A DNA stretch of 64,000 nt from an uncultured delta proteobacterium (GTDB lineage: Bacteria; Desulfobacterota; Desulfobacteria; Desulfobacterales; SG8-13), in contig CAWKCK010000003.1 in the NCBI GenBank assembly GCA_963848135.1, forward strand, positions 62,001 through 126,000, written 5' to 3'. The stretch's first letter is position 1. Every line of letters begins with the position of its first letter. Below are positions 51,186 through 60,625 of this stretch, one piece after another. Position numbers and translations under genes: made by a program. Below the pieces are notes generated by a model. That model worked only from the letters and a program-made list of their open reading frames with translations, did no database searches and had not been told where the DNA came from.

Positions 51186-52280
51186 ATGAATACCCGAAAT
51201 TTCGTTGGCTGCATTGCACTTTTGATCATCCTGTTTTTCCCTTGTGGTTTACTTGCGCAAAAGGAGAACAGCCTGCCGGACAAGCTGGTGGTTGGTACGT
51301 TAGATATACCGCCGTACGCCATGAAGACTGCCGATGGGCGTTGGGAGGGTCTCGGCATCGATCTCTGGCGAGAGGTTGTTGATGAACTGGGCGTGGAATT
51401 CGTCTTGCGTGAATATGACGGTATCGGAGCGATTGCAGAAGCGATTGTAAATGGAGAAGTTGACATCGTTCCCGTGGCAGCCGTATCTCAGGATCGCGAA
51501 ATCTATCTCGACTTTACGAACCACTACCACCAATCGGGATTAGCCATTGCGATCAGGACAGAAAAAACCGGACACAGTTGGTTGCAAGTTATCGACCGGT
51601 TGGTTTCATTCCAATTCCTGGTGGTCATTGGTTCACTGCTCCTGCTATGGATCATCGCCGGCACCCTCGTGTGGCTGTTCGAGAGCCGCCGGAACAGTGA
51701 AATGTTTGGTAGGGGCGCTGTCAAAGGGCTTGGGCACGGTATCTGGTGGGCGGCAGTAACGATGACCACTGTGGGTTACGGGGATAAAGCCCCGAAGACT
51801 CTGGGTGGACGTATCATTGCCATTATCTGGATGTTCGCATCGATTATTTTGATCTCCAGCTTTACAGCCGCTATCACCACCTCGCTCACGATCAGTGAGT
51901 TGAGCGGCAAGGTGCGCGGCTCACAAGACCTGCCGACAGTGCGGGTCGGTTCAGTAGCGCAATCGGAAGCCAAACGCTATCTCGTTGACAAAGGCATCGC
52001 GGTATTCCCATTCAAGAACGAGCGCGACGGTTTACAGGCGATCGTTGATTCCAAAATCGATGCCTTCGTTTTTGATGAGGCGATATTGAAGTATTTGGTA
52101 AGAACTCGATTCCCAACCCGAGTACAAGTTCTTCTCGAAACATTCGATCACTACTTCGTCAGCATGGCCGTGCCTCCTGACAGTCCACTGCGTGAACCGC
52201 TCAACAGAGCCATGCTGAAATTTATGGAAACGGACAAATGGCTGAAGTTCGTAGAGAAATATTTAGGTTCCGGCAGTTAA
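51186..52280 (+). CDS. GluR0-like ligand-gated K+ channel (PBP ligand-binding domain split around a pore)
   Basis: PPY..GLGIDLW (S1), TM, WWAAVTMTTVGYGDKAP (K+ selectivity filter), TM SFTAAITTSL, S2 DAFVFDEAILKY. Confidence 0.9.
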   Translation: MNTRNFVGCIALLIILFFPCGLLAQKENSLPDKLVVGTLDIPPYAMKTADGRWEGLGIDLWREVVDELGVEFVLREYDGIGAIAEAIVNGEVDIVPVAAVSQDREIYLDFTNHYHQSGLAIAIRTEKTGHSWLQVIDRLVSFQFLVVIGSLLLLWIIAGTLVWLFESRRNSEMFGRGAVKGLGHGIWWAAVTMTTVGYGDKAPKTLGGRIIAIIWMFASIILISSFTAAITTSLTISELSGKVRGSQDLPTVRVGSVAQSEAKRYLVDKGIAVFPFKNERDGLQAIVDSKIDAFVFDEAILKYLVRTRFPTRVQVLLETFDHYFVSMAVPPDSPLREPLNRAMLKFMETDKWLKFVEKYLGSGS

Positions 52281-52720
52281 ATTTACCGGTACTACCCGCA
52301 AAAGTTTACGGATTACCATTTTAAATGAAATTGTCCTGACTTTTTAACTGGTTGCACACAATTTACTATGTGTGGCCAGTATTTATTAGCATGCGTAATA
52401 CGCAAATTGCGATGATTGTGGATTACGGCTATGGAATGTGAACTCTTAAACCCTCATATATTTTTCAGGTTTTATGAGTTAATCCAAAATCTAAATCTTA
52501 GGCCTCAGAAAACTGCAATATTCTGCTATGCTATTCCATTTCTGAATTTTCTATATTCGTGCATTATACCGTATGAATATATGATCCGGTCGATTTTCTT
52601 AAATTAGACAATCCGTATCCATGAATAAAGGGGTGGCATACACAAAGGACGTCACCCCTCTCATTCTGAATTTATGAGGTTAATATTGATAAATCAGATC
52701 ACCTCATTTTGAGATTCTCT

Positions 52721-53293
52721 TTAGCCTTTTTGCATCTGCGCCACCATTTCTTGGAAACCCTCTACCGGCGCACCGAGCCCATCGGCCATGCGGTCCATGT
52801 AGTTAAAAAGTGACGTAACGGCTACCGCTTCGAAGATATCTTCGTCGGAGCAGCCGATCTTGCGTAAAGCCTGCATATCCTCTTCGGTGACTTTGTATGC
52901 ATTGCGGGTGACTTTTTCAGCAAAATGAAGAATTTTTTTGGTCTTCTCGTCGATGAGGGTCGATCCGTCGATGTCATCGAGGATGCTCTTGACCTGTTCC
53001 TGGGTCAATCCTTGCGCCATGGCCATGGCGCTATGCGCATCCACTCAGTAATCACAAGCATTGATGCGGGATACATGGGCAGCGATCAACTCCTTGGTGC
53101 GTCGCGGCAGGGAATGAGTCTCTATCATCAATTGGTTCACGTAGTTGACAATCAATTCCAAAAGATCCGGCCTGATACTCTGAGCAACGAAGACCTTCGG
53201 GACCGTCTGGAACATGGTCGTTAACGTATTATACGCGTTCTTCACCTGTCCTTCGGCATTTTCCGGTTCAACAGTCGGCAGAAAATAGTTCAT
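52721..53293 (-). CDS. AhpD/carboxymuconolactone decarboxylase-like peroxidase-related protein, probable selenoprotein (CxxU)
   Basis: ORFs 53045..53293 and 52721..53044 are in frame across one TGA: KELIAAHVSRINACDY-U-VDAH; downstream EAVAVTSLFNYMDRMADGLG. Confidence 0.88.
53014..53031 (-). promoter_or_regulatory. candidate bacterial SECIS hairpin
   Basis: GCGCCAU-GGCC-AUGGCGC starts 14 nt after the UGA; the G-initiated apical loop is 21 nt downstream. Confidence 0.6.
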
Positions 53294-53583
53294 GCATTAC
53301 TCCTTTCGATTCTTAGCTTATCAACAGGGGGTAATCTATCCCGAATATTTCATTAAATTTCCAGGCGACACACGGCTTATTCTATACACGATCCTTATTA
53401 TTTCAACCCGCCCATTTGCAAATCACCTTATCCAAAATATCTTCGACTCCCGCTATACGTTTACAAGAACTGAACACCCACTGTCTAAAAGACAGCGGGT
53501 CGTTGGTCGGTTATAATCGACTGAAGTGTTAACGTTTCAACAAGGGAGTAATAGAGACGTCTGTTGTAGATATATTGCTTTTG

Positions 53584-54729
53584 CTATTCCTGGTAAACGC
53601 TGATGCCCAGCTCATCTGCATTCAGAACACTCGGTGCCGCTTTGGGTGGTACACCTTCCAGAAAGCCGGAAATATCGGTGCGCTGCCAGGCCGGGTAGCC
53701 GAGAAGTAGCCCGGCCACGTTTGCGGCGGCGAGACTCGCCATGCCCTGACGGGTCCAGCGGGTGGCCGAAGCGATGTGGGGTACGATGACGACATTCTCT
53801 AAATCCGCCAACCCGGGGGAGAGTTGCGGTTCGTCCTCGAACACATCCAGACCGGCCCGAAAATTTGGATTCTTCTTGCAGTGGGCCACCAGGGCAGCTT
53901 CGTCGATCACCGGCCCACGGCTGGTATTTACCAGGATGGCGGTGGGTTTCATCACTGCCAATCGTTCGACATCGATGAGGTGGTGGGTGGAATCATTCAA
54001 CAGCGTGTGCAGACTGACGCAGTCGGCTTGGTGCAACAGGTTATCGACACTGTCTGCGCGGCGGCACGTCACTGGGGGCTCTCTGTTTGATTCGAGAAAT
54101 GCGCTATAGACGCGGACATATTCTTCGAGTTCAGTGTTCTCCTGAAGATCGAAATAGACCAGGTTCATCTTGAGCGCTTCGACCATCATGCGGGCATAGG
54201 CCGCCCCGATACGTCCCGCACCGATAACGCCAACAGTTTTGCGTTTTAGCAACTCCCCCTGAAGAAGCGTCGGCAACCAACCGTGAAACTTTCCCGCGCG
54301 CAGAAAACGTTCGGCTTCACCGATCCGTCGCGCGGCTGCAAAGGTCAGCGCCACGGCCATTTCCGCGGTGGTCTCTGTTAGAACGCCGGGGGTATTGCCC
54401 ACGGGGATTCCGTTCCGGCTGGCCGCCGCCAGATCCACATTGTTAAACCCCACGGCATAATTGCTGTAGGCTCGGCCGCCGGCCGCCTTGAGGGCCGCGA
54501 AAAGTTCTTCGCCCCATTCTTCGGTCAGCTGGCCGATCACTCCGTCACATCGCTGACCGATCACTTTCTTTATCTCTGCCGTACGCAGAACCCGTGTCGA
54601 GGTGCCGATCTCGATCCTGCAGTCGGCGGAAATGAGCAATTTGAGCCACCGGTCACCGGGAAGTTCCTTGGTAACGATCACGCGATGTCTTCCCGGAACA
54701 TTTTCCGTTCGCCAGTTTACCGGTGCCAT
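53584..54729 (-). CDS. hydroxypyruvate reductase / D-glycerate dehydrogenase (plant HPR1-like)
   Basis: CDGVIGQLTEEWGE, AVGFNNVD, GNTPGVLTETTAE, GVIGAGRIG, NTSRGPVIDE, LDVFEDEP, PHIASA. Confidence 0.9.
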   Translation of the reverse strand: MAPVNWRTENVPGRHRVIVTKELPGDRWLKLLISADCRIEIGTSTRVLRTAEIKKVIGQRCDGVIGQLTEEWGEELFAALKAAGGRAYSNYAVGFNNVDLAAASRNGIPVGNTPGVLTETTAEMAVALTFAAARRIGEAERFLRAGKFHGWLPTLLQGELLKRKTVGVIGAGRIGAAYARMMVEALKMNLVYFDLQENTELEEYVRVYSAFLESNREPPVTCRRADSVDNLLHQADCVSLHTLLNDSTHHLIDVERLAVMKPTAILVNTSRGPVIDEAALVAHCKKNPNFRAGLDVFEDEPQLSPGLADLENVVIVPHIASATRWTRQGMASLAAANVAGLLLGYPAWQRTDISGFLEGVPPKAAPSVLNADELGISVYQE

Positions 54730-54753
54730 GCTCGGCCCTCCCTATAATTAACT

Positions 54754-55764
54754 TTATTTTCTTTTCAGGACTTCCTCCACGGCGGCCGCGATATGCTTCG
54801 CTGAAAGTCCGTACTTGTCAAGCAGATCCAGATACGGTCCGGATTCGGCAAAAGTGTCGCGAACCCCAATGCGCTTCATCGGAATCGGAATATTCTCCAC
54901 CAGAACTTCAGCCACAGCACTACCGAGCCCGCCGAAGATGACATTGTTCTCGGCCGTTACGATAGCCCCGGTTTCCTGGGCCGCCTGGAGCACCACCTCG
55001 ACATCCAATGGCTTGAGGGTGTGGCAGTCGATAACGCGAGCATCGATGCCTTTAGACGCCAGCATTTCAGCCGCCACCAAAGCATGGGCGGTCAAATCGC
55101 GCATGGCGATGATGGTCGCATCGGATCCGGTCCGTACCGTCACGGCTTTGCCGATCTCGAAAGGATAATCCTTCGTGAAGATCTTCGGCACCGGATCGCG
55201 GGTGAAACTCAGATAAACCGGTCCGTCGTATTCCGCCGCCGCCCGAACGGCCTGTTCGGTTGTGGTCGTGTCTGCCGGCGCGATGACAGTTGAATTGGCA
55301 ATCGCACGCATGATCGACATGTCTTCCTGCCCCTGGTGGGTCACCCCGTCCGGTCCCGGTGTTATTCCACTGTGGCTGGCGGCGATCTTGACGTTTAACC
55401 GGGGATAGTGAATGCTGTTACGGACCATGTCCAGAGCGCGCAGGCTGGCAAACACCGCATAGGTGGAAGCGAACGGAATCAGTCCGGTTGTGGCCATGCC
55501 GGCGGCAGCAGCGAACATGTTCTGTTCGGCAATACCGAAATTGAAAGAACGGTCCGGAAATTTCTCGGCAAATTTGTTAGTTCCGATGGACTTGGAAACA
55601 TCGGCATCCAGCACGACCAATTTGGTGTTCTCCGCACCAATTTCAAGCATTGTCCTGGCATAGGCCGCCCGGGTGGGTTCGCCATCGGTGCGGGCGAAAA
55701 AGTCCTCTGCTGACAGATCGGCAACAATTTCGGGGCGAACGAAATGATAGTTGTTATTGCTCAC
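54754..55764 (-). CDS. transketolase, C-terminal subunit
   Basis: LDADVSKS, NFGIAEQNM, GPDGVTHQ, LKPLD, GGLGSAVAE; GTG start after GGAGGT. Confidence 0.93.
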   Translation of the reverse strand: MSNNNYHFVRPEIVADLSAEDFFARTDGEPTRAAYARTMLEIGAENTKLVVLDADVSKSIGTNKFAEKFPDRSFNFGIAEQNMFAAAAGMATTGLIPFASTYAVFASLRALDMVRNSIHYPRLNVKIAASHSGITPGPDGVTHQGQEDMSIMRAIANSTVIAPADTTTTEQAVRAAAEYDGPVYLSFTRDPVPKIFTKDYPFEIGKAVTVRTGSDATIIAMRDLTAHALVAAEMLASKGIDARVIDCHTLKPLDVEVVLQAAQETGAIVTAENNVIFGGLGSAVAEVLVENIPIPMKRIGVRDTFAESGPYLDLLDKYGLSAKHIAAAVEEVLKRK

Positions 55765-56602
55765 AGCTGCACCTCCTGATCTCATCCAGAGCCTTGTCCG
55801 CATCCTCCCTGCAGGGTGCTTTTCCGTGCCACTCACATACATTCTCCATGTATGAGACCCCTTTGCCTTTGACGGTGTGTGCGATAATCATGGTCGGGGC
55901 GCTTTTATGCGTTTTTGCGCCTTCAAGTGCCGTCACGATGGCCGACATGTCGTGCCCGTCGATTTCAACAACGTTCCACCCAAAGGCCCGCCACTTGTCA
56001 GCGATAGGCTCGATGGGCATCAGGTCATCCACGAAAGCATCGTTTTGCAGGTTGTTGCGATCCAGGATGGCGGTGAGGTTATCCAGCTTCCACTTGGCAC
56101 CGGACATGGCCGCCTCCCACACGGAGCCCTCCTGAGACTCCCCATCGCCGATAATCACCCAGACGTGATAATCCAATTTCTGCAACCGCCCGGCCAAGGC
56201 CATGCCAACACCCACTGACAGGCCATGCCCAAGGGAGCCGGTAGTCATATCGATGCCCGGAACCTTGTTCATGTCGGGGTGGCCTTGAAGAATGCTGCCC
56301 ATACGCCGCAAGGTGCCTAAATGTGACTTATCATAAAAACCGCGTTCGGCCAGGGCGGCATACCAGACCGGACAGGCGTGACCCTTTGAAAGAATGAACC
56401 GGTCCCTATTCGGCCAAAGAGGGTTTGCGGGGTCGATCTGCATCAATCTGAAGTAAAGCGCCGTCACAATGTCGGTCGCGGAAAGAGATCCCCCCGGATG
56501 GCCGGCTCCGGCCGTGCAAATCATCTCGATAATGTCGCACCGGATAACGGCCGCCATTTGCTTGAGTTCGTCAACAGACATCGGTTGCGTTGTTTGGGTC
56601 AT
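55754..56602 (-). CDS. transketolase, N-terminal (TPP-binding) subunit
   Basis: GHPGGSLS, RDRFILSKGHA, LQGHP, TGSLGHG, GDGESQEG, TVKGKG, WHGK. Confidence 0.95.
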   Translation of the reverse strand: MTQTTQPMSVDELKQMAAVIRCDIIEMICTAGAGHPGGSLSATDIVTALYFRLMQIDPANPLWPNRDRFILSKGHACPVWYAALAERGFYDKSHLGTLRRMGSILQGHPDMNKVPGIDMTTGSLGHGLSVGVGMALAGRLQKLDYHVWVIIGDGESQEGSVWEAAMSGAKWKLDNLTAILDRNNLQNDAFVDDLMPIEPIADKWRAFGWNVVEIDGHDMSAIVTALEGAKTHKSAPTMIIAHTVKGKGVSYMENVCEWHGKAPCREDADKALDEIRRCSCEQ

Positions 56603-56636
56603 TTTAATGTGTACTCCTAATCTTGTGTCTATCCAT

Positions 56637-57605
56637 TTACGATTCCAGCCGAAAAATTTCATTCTCGACAAACTGCCAGGTCGCCAGATAATCGCCCTGG
56701 GCCATCAGCTGATCGATCCTGTCGACACCGATCTCATCCAGGCGATTCCATATCTTGTTGGTCAATCGGCTGTTGGCCTCGAAGGTTCCTTTGATGTCCC
56801 AGCGTGTCGGTGAAGTATCCGAGGTCAGATAGTCCTTGTAGCCGTATTTCTTCAAGTAAAAGATAAATTCCACGTATTCGAGAAAGTGTTTGGTGCCGCA
56901 GAAGTAATCCCAATCCCAACGACCGTCGTTATCGTTGATGTGGATGTAATACTTATAGGGGCTTTCAGCCAGAAGAACAAAAGCCTCGGCCGGATTTTCA
57001 TTTCCATACATGGAATGACCGAAATCGAGGGTGACCCCCATTCCGTGGTTCTGAATCTCGTTGAGCAGACAAAGGGTTTTGGCGGCGGAGTCGAGAAAAC
57101 AACGCCCCCGGGTTTCGCTGGGCTTGTATTCGATAAAGAGCGGCACTTCCGTTTTGTAACTCCCGGCTTCACCGAAACACTCCACCAGGTACTTCCAGGT
57201 TCGGGCATAATCATATTGAAATGCGAACTCGTATCCATCACCCAAGGGACAACAGGTGACCTTGTCGGCCCCAATCCCGGCGGCAAAGTCCTTGGCTTCT
57301 TTTATGAACCGGACGGCTTTTTGCCGGACATCGGGCATGTGGGATGTCAGCCCCCCGTTGCGGAACTCTGGTTCGGCCTTGACATTGACATTGACGGCCG
57401 CCACCTTTAGGTCGAATTTCTTCAGAAGCGCTCGGGTCTTCTCAATATCGTTGACTTCATAAGGATAAACAATTTCCACTCCGTCGTAACCGTCAATGGT
57501 GGCCATCAACGCGAACTTCTTTTCGAGATCAATCGGTTCGTTGTAATCGTGGAAGCGATCTTTGGTTCGGGAGAGAAACCCCGTAATGATACCCATTTTT
57601 AACAT
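56637..57605 (-). CDS. sugar isomerase/epimerase, xylose isomerase-like TIM barrel
   Basis: IEYKPSETR, GVTLDFGHS, HINDND..WDWD. Confidence 0.88.
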   Translation of the reverse strand: MLKMGIITGFLSRTKDRFHDYNEPIDLEKKFALMATIDGYDGVEIVYPYEVNDIEKTRALLKKFDLKVAAVNVNVKAEPEFRNGGLTSHMPDVRQKAVRFIKEAKDFAAGIGADKVTCCPLGDGYEFAFQYDYARTWKYLVECFGEAGSYKTEVPLFIEYKPSETRGRCFLDSAAKTLCLLNEIQNHGMGVTLDFGHSMYGNENPAEAFVLLAESPYKYYIHINDNDGRWDWDYFCGTKHFLEYVEFIFYLKKYGYKDYLTSDTSPTRWDIKGTFEANSRLTNKIWNRLDEIGVDRIDQLMAQGDYLATWQFVENEIFRLES

Positions 57606-57679
57606 GCTAACCTCCTCGAAGGCTTAATCCGTATTTTCATCAAAACTATTTATAGGGGCAGTCAAACAAACAATGTTTT

Positions 57680-57873
57680 TAGAATCTGTCTCAAAAAAGT
57701 CTTTTCGCCCGATATCGGCGTTGAGACCTCGTCTCAAGTTTTCGACATACTTTAGTATGCCTGCGGATTGTGACCCACATGCTGTGTTGGATCGGGTGGG
57801 AAATCCCGCGCAGCGGGGATCCTTGACCTCGCCTTGATCTCGACCGAAAATCCTAATTTTGAGTTAGCTTCCA
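57680..57873. mobile_element. MITE/REP-like palindromic element
   Basis: Imperfect terminal IRs TAGAATCTGTCTCAAAA / TTTTGAGTTAGCTTCCA; inner arms TTTTCGCCCGATATCGGCG / CGCCTTGATCTCGACCGAAAA. Confidence 0.65.
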
Positions 57874-58002
57874 GTCCGCTTTTGTGAAAGAAAAATACGG
57901 ACATATTTCCTTTTTGCAGGTTTGCAGGCGAAGCATCGGCAGTCGGGTTATCGGATATTAAGCGAACAGACGAAAGCAATCTTCGCGGCGAAATTATTTC
58001 CT

Positions 58003-59541
58003 CTATTTCTTCGCGTTTTTCTTCCGGCGAAATAGACGGCCGATTACCCGGTTTTTAAACCTTCGATAAAATTCGAACTGGCTGACCACCGTCCACACGA
58101 TAATTAAGAAAAGGATCAGAGAAACCGGCCGGGTAAATACGGGGAGAAAGCTTCCCTGGGAAACCATCAGGGCTCGACGCAAGTTTTCGTCGGCCATCGG
58201 GCCGAGAATCACACCAATGACCAGTGGCGCTATGGGATACCCCATCTCGATCAAAAAATAGCTGATGATACCCACCGGCAGCATCAGGTAGAGGTTAAAT
58301 AAATTGAGCCCCAGTGAATAAGAGCCGATGATGCACAGCACACCGATGATCGGCATAAAAAGCGGGGTGGGGATACGCAGCACTTTGACCACCTGTTTGG
58401 CCAGCAACATCCCGCTGATCCACATGGCGCCCGAAGCCAGAAGAAGAATGGCTGCCACCTCCATGATAAAGGTGGGATGCTCGAACGTGATCATGGGGCC
58501 CGGTTGTACCCCGTGAAGCATCAATGCGCCCAGCAGCATGGCGGCCGGCGGACTGCCGGGTATCCCCAGGTTCAACAGGGGGATCATGGCGCCGCCGACG
58601 CAGGCATTGTTGGCGGTTTCGCTGGCCAGAACACCCTGAAGCTCGCCTTTACCAAACGTCTCCGGGTGCTTGGATGTGTTCTTGGCCGTGCCATAAGACA
58701 CCCAGCCGGCAATGTCTTCCCCGATTCCCGGAACGGCGCCGATGCCGACACCGATCAACGCCGACCGGATGATGGCCGGTATATTGCGGAGTACCGTACC
58801 GATTTCGGGAATGATACGTTGCAGTTTCTGCGCCTCTCCAATCTGGAAGCGGTCCTTCAAAACCTGGATAATCTGGGGAATGCCGAAGGCGCCGATAAGT
58901 ACAGGCACCACCTCGACGCCGCTGTCCAGCTCCGGTAGGCCGAAGGTAAAACGGGGATAAAACTGCAGCAGGTCCCGTCCCACGCAAGACAAAAACAAGC
59001 CCAGGAAACCGGCAATCCAACCCTTGATGACAAGATCCGGGCTGGTGAGGGTACCGCTGATCAATATCCCGAAAAATGCCAGCAAAAAGAATTCGAAAGA
59101 CGTAAACTGCAGCGCGAAATATGAAATGATGGGTGAGATGCTGACCACAAAGAGCATGCTGATGGCTGTCCCGATGGCGGAAGCGGTGGTGGTCAGACCA
59201 ATGGCCCGCCCGGCCTCACCTTTGCACGCCAAGGGGTAGCCATCCAAAGCGGTGGCTGCCGCTGCTGCTGTTCCGGGAATATTGATCAGTATGGAGGAAT
59301 ACGACCCGCCATAAGTGCCGCCGACGTAAATGGCCAGCAGGCACACCATGGCCAATTCCGTGTCCATTCCGTAAGTCAGCGCCGTAAGCAGCGCCACCCC
59401 CAGAGTGGAGGTCAGGCCAGGCATGGCACCGAATATTATTCCCAGCAAGACCGAGCCGAAAAGGATCGCCAGGCTCGTTGGCTCCGAAGCGAGATTGAGG
59501 ACAATACCGAAGAAGGCCCCGATACGTTCGAACAGCATCAT
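58003..59541 (-). CDS. tctA: tripartite tricarboxylate transporter large permease
   Basis: GAMPGLT, YGGSYSSILINIPGT, DGYPLA..G.AGRA, ETANNA, LGIPGS, HGVQPGP. Confidence 0.95.
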   Translation of the reverse strand: MMLFERIGAFFGIVLNLASEPTSLAILFGSVLLGIIFGAMPGLTSTLGVALLTALTYGMDTELAMVCLLAIYVGGTYGGSYSSILINIPGTAAAAATALDGYPLACKGEAGRAIGLTTTASAIGTAISMLFVVSISPIISYFALQFTSFEFFLLAFFGILISGTLTSPDLVIKGWIAGFLGLFLSCVGRDLLQFYPRFTFGLPELDSGVEVVPVLIGAFGIPQIIQVLKDRFQIGEAQKLQRIIPEIGTVLRNIPAIIRSALIGVGIGAVPGIGEDIAGWVSYGTAKNTSKHPETFGKGELQGVLASETANNACVGGAMIPLLNLGIPGSPPAAMLLGALMLHGVQPGPMITFEHPTFIMEVAAILLLASGAMWISGMLLAKQVVKVLRIPTPLFMPIIGVLCIIGSYSLGLNLFNLYLMLPVGIISYFLIEMGYPIAPLVIGVILGPMADENLRRALMVSQGSFLPVFTRPVSLILFLIIVWTVVSQFEFYRRFKNRVIGRLFRRKKNAKK

Positions 59542-59693
59542 AGGTATACAAGCTCCCGCATGGTCAGATTAGACGCGCAAACCCTCGTCTAACACCAATT
59601 CCGACGTTGTGGCCCTCCTCAAAAGACTCACATGCGCCCGTGTATCGTCCCACGCCTCACACTCCGGCGTGATCTGAAGTTTTGAAGTCACTT

Positions 59694-60458
59694 CTAAAAA
59701 TCCCAGTACCAGATGGCATCCATTACCGCTACGACCAAGCCTTCCTTCGGCATGGGGACCAGCAGAAAATATTTGAAAATCGGACATATGATAAACGGAA
59801 CGATAATAGCCAGAATCAGGCTGATTCTATATTTTTTACGCAATAGCGGTGAATGACGAGTTAAGGCCCAGGCATAGGCAGCGTAGGCGATGATGAAAAT
59901 AAAGGTGAGCCAATCGCTGGAGTAGGGCAGTACGGTTTTTAATATTTTTGGAAGCCCCAGTGTAAAATAAGCCAGAAACACAATGGTTCCGGCAATATAG
60001 AAGTAAAACAATTTCTTTAATAAAACATCGTCATCGAAGTAAAACATACTGATAAAGGCGATAAGGAAAAGCACACTCCCCAAGAGAAAATCGATACGCG
60101 GTATGTTGAGAAAGACAAAGGCGATGAACAGGACCGCCATGGCGTAAAACCGCATCACCGGGGGGGTTTTTAAGTACCGGGTCAATTCCGGGCTGGTGAA
60201 CCAGCGTAAAACTTTTTTGAATCCGGCAACGCCCACTTCTTTCAAAGCTGTTCGGACGAGCAAGGCCCCCAAAAGGGCGATCATCGCACCGACAAGCAGG
60301 GGAAACAACGCCGGAGAGACGAACCAGACGTTCTGCACGCCACCCCAGGAATCCTTCATGGGCATTTTAAGGCCCTGGCTGGTAACCCAAAGGCCAAACA
60401 GAAAAATCAGCCCCCCTGAAAAGATATCGGCCTTACGAAGTTTGTCTTTATCCATCAT
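59694..60458 (-). CDS. tctB: tripartite tricarboxylate transporter small permease (extended)
   Basis: Located between tctC and tctA; SPALFP, FKYFLLVPMP; multiple TM segments. Confidence 0.8.
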   Translation of the reverse strand: MMDKDKLRKADIFSGGLIFLFGLWVTSQGLKMPMKDSWGGVQNVWFVSPALFPLLVGAMIALLGALLVRTALKEVGVAGFKKVLRWFTSPELTRYLKTPPVMRFYAMAVLFIAFVFLNIPRIDFLLGSVLFLIAFISMFYFDDDVLLKKLFYFYIAGTIVFLAYFTLGLPKILKTVLPYSSDWLTFIFIIAYAAYAWALTRHSPLLRKKYRISLILAIIVPFIICPIFKYFLLVPMPKEGLVVAVMDAIWYWDF

Positions 60459-60561
60459 GGAGCGTCAACCTCCATCAGATTCGGAATTGAATTTGAGTTA
60501 AATACCAGCGCCGTAATTGCAAAGCGCATACGTATTTCAACCTCTGCCAAAATTGCCCGAC

Positions 60562-60607
60562 AGGGCGGGTATCGTCGTCCTGAAGTATATGCAGAGATAC
60601 CCGCCCT
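60562..60607. terminator. 12-bp hairpin downstream of tctC
   Basis: AGGGCGGGTATC / GATACCCGCCCT. Confidence 0.5.
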
Positions 60608-60625
60608 CGCGCCGGAGGTTAAGTT

